Below are positions 23,990 through 31,180 of a stretch of DNA of 31,180 nt, piece after piece; position 1 is the stretch's first letter; each line of letters begins with the position of its first letter. The notes beneath the pieces were generated by a model that was given only the letters and a program-made list of their open reading frames with translations, was not told where the DNA came from and did not search any database. Source of the DNA: Octopus sinensis (Eukaryota); the NCBI RefSeq assembly GCF_006345805.1, contig NW_021829681.1, positions 1 through 31,180 of the forward strand, read 5' to 3'. A program made the translations under genes and the position numbers.

Positions 23990-24535
23990 CAGAGTGGCCA
24001 CTGAATAACTGAAGGGTTTGAAAAAGCAATAACTTATTCGTTTACAATCTTTTTAAATTCCTTTTGTTTTTCATTTTATAGAGCATGGCTTGGAGATTAA
24101 AGTGGCTCTGTATGTTGTCCAGCAACGAGTAAAACTCATTGATATTTTCTATTTCAGTGAAAGATGAATTATTCAAACTCAGAGAAAATACCGCCAACAT
24201 TTTACGGTCAGAGTATCTCCAAGCGATCACATGATTCGGAACCTAATCGCCTGGTTTGAAAGAACCGGACCAATCGTCGATTTTCTGGGAAGTGTTCCTA
24301 AACGCACTGTGCACACTGATGCAACGGTCGAAGATGTACGACAGAGTGTCCTTCAGGGTCTATCAGCCTCTTCCTGTAATCGCTCTGCATCGCCTAAACA
24401 TCGCTTCAGAAGATTCTGAAACTCGATTTAAAATTGTTTCCATCCAAATATAATAATAAAAAAATATTTTAAAAACCATGGGTTTGTAAAAGTTATTTTT
24501 GTTTTGTATCATTCAGTCTTTCAGTGGCCATCCTG
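23990..24535 (+). mobile_element. Internally deleted Tc1/mariner-superfamily transposon, 546 bp, retaining the N-terminal HTH
   Basis: TIRs CAGAGTGGCCACTGAATAACTGAA / rc CAGGATGGCCACTGAAAGACTGAA (20/24), TA flanks; from 24120: QQRVKLIDIFY...*IIQTQRKYRQHF..SPSDHMIRNLIAWFERTGPIVD...RTVHTDATVEDVRQSV, resembling DUF4817-type transposase N-termini. Confidence 0.85.
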
Positions 24536-24619
24536 TATATATATGTGTGTATGTGTGCGTGTATGTGTGTGTGTGTATGTAAGTATCTATACACACCACA
24601 TGCACTCCTCAGGTGCGAG

Positions 24620-25092
24620 TTAGAGCAAAATCAACTCCTTGTCTCGTTTTATCTGGAGACTTGGTAACCTATTTCTTTACTACCCACAAGGGGCTAAACA
24701 CAGAGGGGACAATCAAGGACAGACAAACGGATTAAGTGGATTATATCGACCCCAATGCGTAACTGGTACTTATTTAATCGACCCCGAAAGGATGAAAGGC
24801 AAAGTCGACCTCGGCGGAATTTGAACTCAGAACGTAGCGGCAGACGAAATACCGCAAAGCATTTCGGCCGGCGTGCTAACGTTTCTGCCAGTTCGCCGCA
24901 TTGGTAACCATTGGCACAACTTACTCGGCATGGAATGGAGTTTCAGTGACAAGGCCACCCCGTACTCATCAGGACCTCACAACTACCAACTCTGCCTCCG
25001 CAAGAGACTGCACATTACTATCTCAACCTACGGCAATCATCAACAAGAAGATCGAACTATCTCATTGTTACCACCAGAGGAATGTCCTCTGA
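24620..25092 (+). pseudogene. Penelope-like element ORF C-terminus (GIY-YIG domain end), interrupted by a SINE
   Basis: Removing 24670-24909 gives in-frame LSRFIWRLGNHWHNLLGMEWSFSDKATPYSSGPHNYQLCLRKRLHI, then after a frameshift IINKKIELSHCYHQR; this matches the LS..IW.L / W.I..KA.PY / C.LC..EK..I / NK..E...C.H pattern. Confidence 0.75.
24670..24900 (-). mobile_element. Family D tRNA-derived SINE, full length, 9-bp TSD
   Basis: Minus head ggcgaactggcagaaacgttagc..., B-box GAGTTCAAATTCC, central gcctttcatcctttcggggtcgattaaataagtacc (recalled as Meta-domain-like; unverified); TSD TTGGTAACC at 24661-69 and 24901-09. Confidence 0.92.
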
Positions 25093-25397
25093 TTAACATG
25101 AAACCACTGGCAGCCAACAATCCAAATCTAACACCTTAAACTTGTGTGTTTCATGTTTAAGGGCATGGCATTTAATCGCTGCCGTCATCTGTGTTGACAA
25201 TCCAGCCTGTCACCAATAAATTTTAATCTAATATGATCAGATATATTTACACCCAAGGGAAGGCTGTAGCTGGTGTAACGTTAGTTCTCCCCTAATCTGC
25301 GACAATCTCCCCACTTTGCTATGTGGAGCAGCAAATGCAATGAACTGATGTGACTAAATAAACCTCGCCGCAGTTTCCAGAGATAGCGACAACAACG

Positions 25398-25564
25398 TGG
25401 AGGCGCAATGGCCCAGAGGTTAGAGTAGCGGATTCGCGGTCGTAAGAACGCGGCTTCGATTCCCAGACCGAGCATTGTGAGTGTTTATTGAGCAAAAACA
25501 CCTAAGCTCCACGATGCTACGACGTGGGGGTAGTGGTGAACTCCACTGTACTCTTTCACCACAA
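25398..25564 (+). mobile_element. Family B SINE, 3'-truncated
   Basis: tggaggcgcaatggcccagaggttag...ttcgattcccagaccg...ctctttcaccacaa matches 15512-15678. Confidence 0.9.
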
Positions 25565-25841
25565 AGTAGAGGAACCATGGTGCAACTCACTATGGTGTGG
25601 TAAACTTTCAGACCCTAGTCTAGATTGTGAATCCTCTGTACCCCAGGATGGTTCAGCTCTCCACCCGTTAAAAGCCACCGTTTACGGAATGAGGATAACA
25701 ACGTAGCTTTCGCGCCCGTGCAATCGCCAGTCTATCGCTTGTGGTGGTTGGATCTTCAAGTTGCCACACGCATTCTTAGTAGCTTAGAGTAGGCTCGAAT
25801 TAGAGATTATTCTATGTGGCTAATGGCGTGAGTCCTGCTTG

Positions 25842-25923
25842 GAAGAAGAAGAAGAAGAAGAAGAAGAAGAAGAAGAAGAAGAAGAAGAAGAAGAAGAAGA
25901 AGAAGAAGAAGAAGAAGAAGAAG
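25842..25923. repeat. Perfect (GAA)n
   Basis: Directly visible. Confidence 0.97.
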
Positions 25924-26400
25924 CGACAACAGTGACACGCCTACAAATTGTCAGACTACGTGAGCTTAAGAACACTATAAGCTGAGATCGCTTCCAGTGC
26001 AATAACACCACGTGACTTGAGTTGGCTTATAGAAGCCTGATATCTTTAAGTTAGTTTAAATTTGTCACATAACCTGCGAATCAGTCTCCAGACGCGAAAC
26101 GTATTAGGTCCTACCAGCTTACAAACGTTAAGCTGCAAACTGGTTTTATATGACATAACTCCAACCAAATGTATTGAGTGTCACTTTCTTTCGATTATCA
26201 ACCCACTTCTAATATTACTATAACAAATATATATATACATATTATATATATATAAATATATATATATAATATATATATATATGTATATACATATACATAC
26301 ATATATATCTACATATATATACACACACATACTACGTATATATACATGCATACATAAATACATACATATACATATGTAATATATATATATATACATATAA

Positions 26401-26437
<37 letters not shown>

Positions 26438-26476
26438 TATAAAGATATATATATATATATATATACATATATAAAG

Positions 26477-26508
<32 letters not shown>

Positions 26509-26724
26509 TCAATAGGGTGGCAAAAAATTTTGTAGAATTTTTTTTGCCACCAGCGGCCTAGTGGGAAAAAATTAATAGTCATAGACCATTTTTAAGTTCA
26601 ACATCACAATCAAAGAACGGCATAATAGGCCATTCACCCACTAGAAATAACAGCCAAAGCTTCAACCGCAAAATAACATTAATTCCGTAAACCAGGAGAA
26701 AATTAAAAAAACATTTACCCTGTA

Positions 26725-26829
26725 ATTTCTTATACGATGCACCGTTTCACTACTGTTTAATGGTAAACTAACCTGATAAATTAAATCAAGCCAATCTTCC
26801 ATAGGCCCTTAGAATCGTCAGTAAGAAAT
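26725..26829 (-). ncRNA. Type I hammerhead ribozyme (unit 1)
   Basis: AUUUCUUA CUGACGA [~66-nt stem/loop II] GAAAC GG-UGCA-UC GUA UAAGAAAU: perfect 8-bp stem I, intact conserved core, 4-bp stem III, GUA triplet; base of stem II weak. Confidence 0.72.
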
Positions 26830-27207
26830 AGCCAGATCGGAACAGATATTTTCACGAGGCATTTCCGTCCCTGCCTCGGCAATATCTGACCTAAAATTTT
26901 CAAATCATCGCACTCGCGCCAAATTTATCGGCAGCAAATAAATATAGCCGCCGATTCCATTACGGAATTAACCAGAAAATTCATAATTAATCAATATAGG
27001 GTGGCAAAAAATTTTGTAGAATTTTTGCCACCAGCGGCCTAGTGGGAAAAAATTAAATAGTCATAGACCAATTTTTAAGTTCAACATCACAATCAAGGAA
27101 CGGCCATAATAGGCCATTCACCCACTAGAAATAACAGCCAAGCTTCAACCGCAAAATAACATTAATTCCGTAAAAACCAGGAGAAAATTAAAAAACATTT
27201 ACCTGTA

Positions 27208-27313
27208 ATTTCTTATACGAGGCACCGTTTCACCTACTGTTTAATGGTAAACTAACCTGATTAAATTAAAGCAAGCAAATCTTCCATAGGCCTTAGAATC
27301 GTCAGTAAGAAAT
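27208..27313 (-). ncRNA. Type I hammerhead ribozyme (unit 2)
   Basis: AUUUCUUA CUGACGA UUCUA...UAGGU GAAAC GG-UGCC-UC GUA UAAGAAAU; core at 27305-27299 and 27231-27227, cleavage predicted 3' of 27216. Confidence 0.75.
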
Positions 27314-27584
27314 AGCCAGATCGGAACAGATATTTTCACGGGGCATTTCCGTCCCTGCCTCGGCAATATCTGACCTAAAATTTTCAAATCATCGCACTCG
27401 CGCCAAATTTATCGGCAGCAAATAAATATAAGCCGCCGATTCCATTACGGAATATATATATATACATATATATAATCATAAATAAGGGCAAAAGAAAAAA
27501 ATTTTCTATGTCAATATACTGAAAAGGGAACTTTAGATAATCTAACCACATATATTATTTTTCACTATAAACATCAAACGGAGA

Positions 27585-28170
27585 AATGGTTGGGCCAGTT
27601 CAGAGCCCACTAGTATTTTGGGACACTATCATATTCTGTGATGAGTCCAGATTTGCTGTTTCCTGACAGTGGTCGAGTGTGGATCTGGAGACTCTGTGAT
27701 CAAGAATTTGATGTGAGAAAATGAAACGGCAGCTATTCTGTGATGTTTTGTGGAGCAATTTGGAGCAATGGTTGATCAGAGAAGATAGAAGTGAAGGAAA
27801 CATAAACTCAGATAAATGTGTCCATATTGCAGAAAGGAGTCCTTCCAATCTTCTCCAGTGGTGAAATGTTTGAAGAAGACGCTTTAATTACGGACGATGG
27901 GGCTCCTTGTCACATGGCTAAAATGACTCAAGATTTGCTGGATAAGAATGGCATTAAAAAGCTTCCAAGGCCAAACCAGTCACCAGTTTCGAATCCTCTT
28001 GAACATCTCTGGGACACAATGGACAGGACAGTTCGTAAAAGAACTGGAAAGCATCATCACAGCAAGATATTTCAAGATTACTGCATGATTCTTGGCAATA
28101 ACATCCGATCAATAACATGTCTAATAGGGTTCTTGCATTGGAAAATGCAAAGTGTGTATCTACCAAATAT
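27585..28170 (+). pseudogene. Tc1-like DD34E transposase remnant
   Basis: WDTIIFCDESRF (D at 27640), DSGRVWIWR, VMFCGAIW, TDDGAPCH (D at 27896), RPNQSPVSNPLEHLW (E at 28001; 34 aa after the second D), AKCVSTKY; frameshifted. Confidence 0.93.
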
Positions 28171-28288
28171 CAACTGTCGACATTATAACAATTAATAAAT
28201 TATATGAATGCATAATTTCAGATTTAAATAAATTTTAATGATTAAAAGGATGTTTATTAATTCTATCATGTCTGTATATATATATATG

Positions 28289-28325
<37 letters not shown>

Positions 28326-28507
28326 ATATATATATATATAATATATATAATACATATATATAAACAAACACACACACACGCAGACACACACAGACACACA
28401 CACACACATACACACACACATACATATTATATATATTATATATATATATAGTCGTATATATGTATATATATATGTGTGTGTATGAGTGTGTATATGTATG
28501 TGTGTGT

Positions 28508-28702
28508 GTTTGTCCCCCTAGCACTGCTTGACAACCGATGCTGGTGTGTTTACGTCCCCGTCACTTAGCGGTTCGGCAAAAGAGACCGATAGAATAAGTA
28601 CTGAGCTTACAAAAGAATAAGTCCCGGGGTCTATTGCTCGTCTAAAGGCAGTGCTCCAGCATGGCCGCAGTCAAATGACTGAAACAAGTAAAAGAGTAAA
28701 AG
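28508..28702 (+). mobile_element. Family A SINE 3' half
   Basis: tttgtcccc..gcttgacaaccgatgctgg...gactgaaacaagtaaaagagtaaaag. Confidence 0.9.
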
Positions 28703-29090
28703 AAAAAAAAGATATATATATATATATAAGCAGAAAATAAAGGACTTCGCGAACGCAAGAAGGCCGTGAGTACAGTTTAAGGAATCGGGTAAATAGCTTT
28801 CAGAACACAAAAAATGCGGCGAGCAAGCCTGCTGGTGTAAGGCTTCGATATACATAAGCTGCAATATAAAGCGTCGCTCGAAAACAGAGTAGCAATAAGA
28901 AATTAACTAAATGACGAAAGAACTGCAAAATTATGTCATGGATCTGCTATAAAATGTATTACACTCATTATTGAGTTTTTGTGTATCAGCCGACAGCGTC
29001 GTCGGAGATTCAGAGATGAAGAGTAATCTTATCTGGGAAATAAATCACATTTATATATATGTGTGTGTGTGTGCGCGCGTGCGTATATGT

Positions 29091-29287
29091 TTATCCACCC
29101 CGCCCCGTCGCTTTACAACCGATGTTGGTGTGTTTATGTCCCTGTAACTTTGCGGTTCGGCCAAAGGGACATTATAGAATAAATACTAAATTTACAAAGA
29201 ATAAGTCCTGGGGTGGACTTGTTCGACTAAAGTCGGTGCTCCAGCATGACCGCAGTCAAATGACTGAAACAAGTAAAAGAATAAAGG

Positions 29288-29288
<1 letters not shown>
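29091..29288 (+). mobile_element. Family A SINE 3' half
   Basis: gctttacaaccgatgttgg...gactgaaacaagtaaaagaataaag. Confidence 0.9.
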
Positions 29289-29329
<41 letters not shown>

Positions 29330-29439
29330 CAGTTTACAATGTTTTACCAAAAAGGAAAACTATAATTGTCACTAAATGTGATTATATATATATATATATA
29401 TATATACATATATATAAACACATATATATGCATATATAT

Positions 29440-29625
29440 ATTTTTTTCTCTTTCCGTTTCTTTTTCGTTCTCTCTCTCTCTCTTCTTTTTCTCGTAATCC
29501 TTTCTGTCGAAGAGCGTCGGTTCGAAACGTTAAAGACTTTTCTATTCTTCCTGAGTGTCAAACTAATACACCTGCCTGTTACTCCCTCACCTGCCTTCAG
29601 CTTTTGTTTTCTGTAAATTTGAACC
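29440..29625 (+). mobile_element. Family C short repeat (copy 6) with hammerhead motif (A6U)
   Basis: cttt CTGTCGA A GAGC-GTCG-GTTC GAAAC GT T aaag (29500-29535); downstream ttcctgagtgtcaaac. Confidence 0.68.
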
Positions 29626-29744
29626 ATGTGTGTGTGTGTGTGAGTGTGCGTACGAGCGCGCGCGTGTGTGTATGCGTGCGTACCCGTGTGTGTATGTGCG
29701 TGTGTATGTACGTATATCTTATATATGTCATGAGAATTTAGAGA

Positions 29745-30653
29745 TTTCTAGAGGACGCAGAACCTAGGAAATATTGGATGCAATATACAGGTGGGCTGAG
29801 AACGTGCACTTTAACGCTGGAAAATTTCAAGCGCAGCACTAAATGCACACAAAGTTGAATGAAATGCAGACAGAGGACACTGGCCCAGGAAGGACTGCAA
29901 TCCTTGATTCAGAATCCGTGCGCGATATGAACATTGACATATGTTATGATGTATCTTTCTTGGTGTAAGAAATTTATTTGGTAATAAAGTGCAGACGCGT
30001 TGTCGGATAGATCCTCCGAATTTTCAGAACAAGAGAACAGTAAATCATGATGGTGCTCTGGAGAACCTTATTCTCAGGCGCATAGGTCACTGCTCCCAAC
30101 TATTATCACCATAGTGTAAAATTAATGGCGGAACTCGAAGCTATACAAAGGCAATCGTCTTAATGCAACGTGTCAGCTTCTGAGAAAGGCTAAAAACTTA
30201 AGACACTGCTGCCCAGAACGAAGGCGAGAAAGGTATACAGTAATATATATCTGAAAGGTCCTGAGAAGACCTGTATCAAACTTTCTCATTGAAAGTTACA
30301 CAAACAGCAGAACCGGGTTTCATTGAATAGTATCAAAGAATTCAACATCGCCATCAAGCTACTGGACCAGATATTGCAACGGCTTGAGATTCAAGGGCCC
30401 AAAATGCCCGAGAGACCTGCGTGGTGTGGATGTCGATGTCTTCAAAACAAAACTAGATCTCTTCCTGTCAAGGATTCCGGATGACCGTACTTCACCGCAG
30501 GAAACACAGATGAGGGCAGAAGCATCAAACTCCCTCATTCACCAAATACCACATATCAGATGAGGTTTCAAATAGTAAAGACGTAGAAAAATCCAACGCT
30601 GGTGCCCCAGTATGGCCGCAGCTCCCGAGCTGAAACTAGTTAAAGAGCTAAAG
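29745..30653 (+). mobile_element. CR1/L2-group LINE, 5'-truncated 3' end, decayed
   Basis: Across stops and frameshifts: LDAIYRWAENVHFNAGKFQ, G*ILRIFRTRE..MMVLWRTL, HCSQLLSP, ELEAIQR, ERRRERY, RFKGPK, VFKTKLDLFLSRIPDD, SNSLIHQ; 3'UTR ends ggtgccccagtatggccgcagctcccgagctgaaactagttaaagagctaaag. Confidence 0.88.
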
Positions 30654-31180
30654 TGTTATTTTTAACTGTAGAATTTAAAGTAGATACTGCAATAAAAGAA
30701 AATGGCCTTTAGACTATTGGTTACAAAATTCCCTGGGATGGAAAAAATTGAAGGCTTATACGAACATTTGGAGAAATTCGATGTATTATTGATTTGGTAT
30801 AATGGTAGAATGTCTGTCATGTTTACAAAGAATATGACTTCAAATACCATTCTGTTGTTCCATTAAAAAGGGTTTTGACCCAATATTTACACGGTATTGC
30901 TTATAAATTTTTCTATTTCACGTTTCACTATTTAAAAAATATGTATTTATACACACATACGCAAATGTCTGAGCAAGATTTTATACATATATATACCGTA
31001 GCCTTGTAACCTGAATATTTAGAATCGTTTAACCATAACCATGGCAATTACATCTGTTAATTACCCCACAGTCCCAAATTTAACTGTATTTAGGTCCCCT
31101 GGTGTTTAAAACATAAAGAACGAATAAGAAAGCATCGCTTTTCTCTCAACGTATCCAATTACAATCTTAGCACAAGCAGT

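Larger units (their letters stand above)
26501..27453 (-). mobile_element. Head-to-tail dimer of a 482-bp hammerhead-bearing unit (retrozyme-like), embedded in (TA)n
   Basis: Unit starts at 26501 and 26983; near-identical, with mostly 1-2-bp indels; each unit contains an HHR and a GGTGGCAAAAAATT...AATTTTT(TTT)GCCACC hairpin (26516-26551). Confidence 0.85.

Noticed and set aside
28728-28772. AENKGLRERKKA followed by a GTGAGT donor
   Set aside because: No plausible acceptor (upstream is (TA)n and a SINE tail); too short to support
30702-30866. 54-codon ATG ORF (MAFRLLVTKF...)
   Set aside because: Short, AT-rich, no recognisable motif; expected by chance

Overview
AT-rich, repeat-saturated eukaryotic DNA with no recognisable host protein-coding exon, tRNA or rRNA gene. 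The SINE families and dense di/tri/tetranucleotide microsatellites are most consistent with a coleoid cephalopod, probably Octopus (recognised from memory, not by database search). Almost every ORF in the supplied track is a microsatellite artefact. What is really present: (i) ~13 copies/fragments of a tRNA-headed SINE with an internal microsatellite (family A), plus three other SINE families; (ii) decayed retroelements: an R4/Dong-like RLE LINE (two fragments), a Penelope-like ORF end, and a CR1-like LINE 3' end whose tail matches the family A SINE tail; (iii) DNA transposons: Tc1 DD34E and mariner remnants, three TIR elements with TA target duplications, and a non-autonomous Helitron; (iv) two kinds of hammerhead-ribozyme (HHR)-bearing repeat. 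The best signal is a 482-bp head-to-tail dimer at 26.5-27.5 kb. Each unit carries a type I hammerhead on the minus strand with all conserved core nucleotides, an 8-bp stem I and a GUA cleavage triplet, i.e. a retrozyme-like arrangement. A second family of ~150-200-bp repeats (6 copies) carries minimal Penelope-type hammerheads with compensatory changes. All folding and alignments were done by eye.
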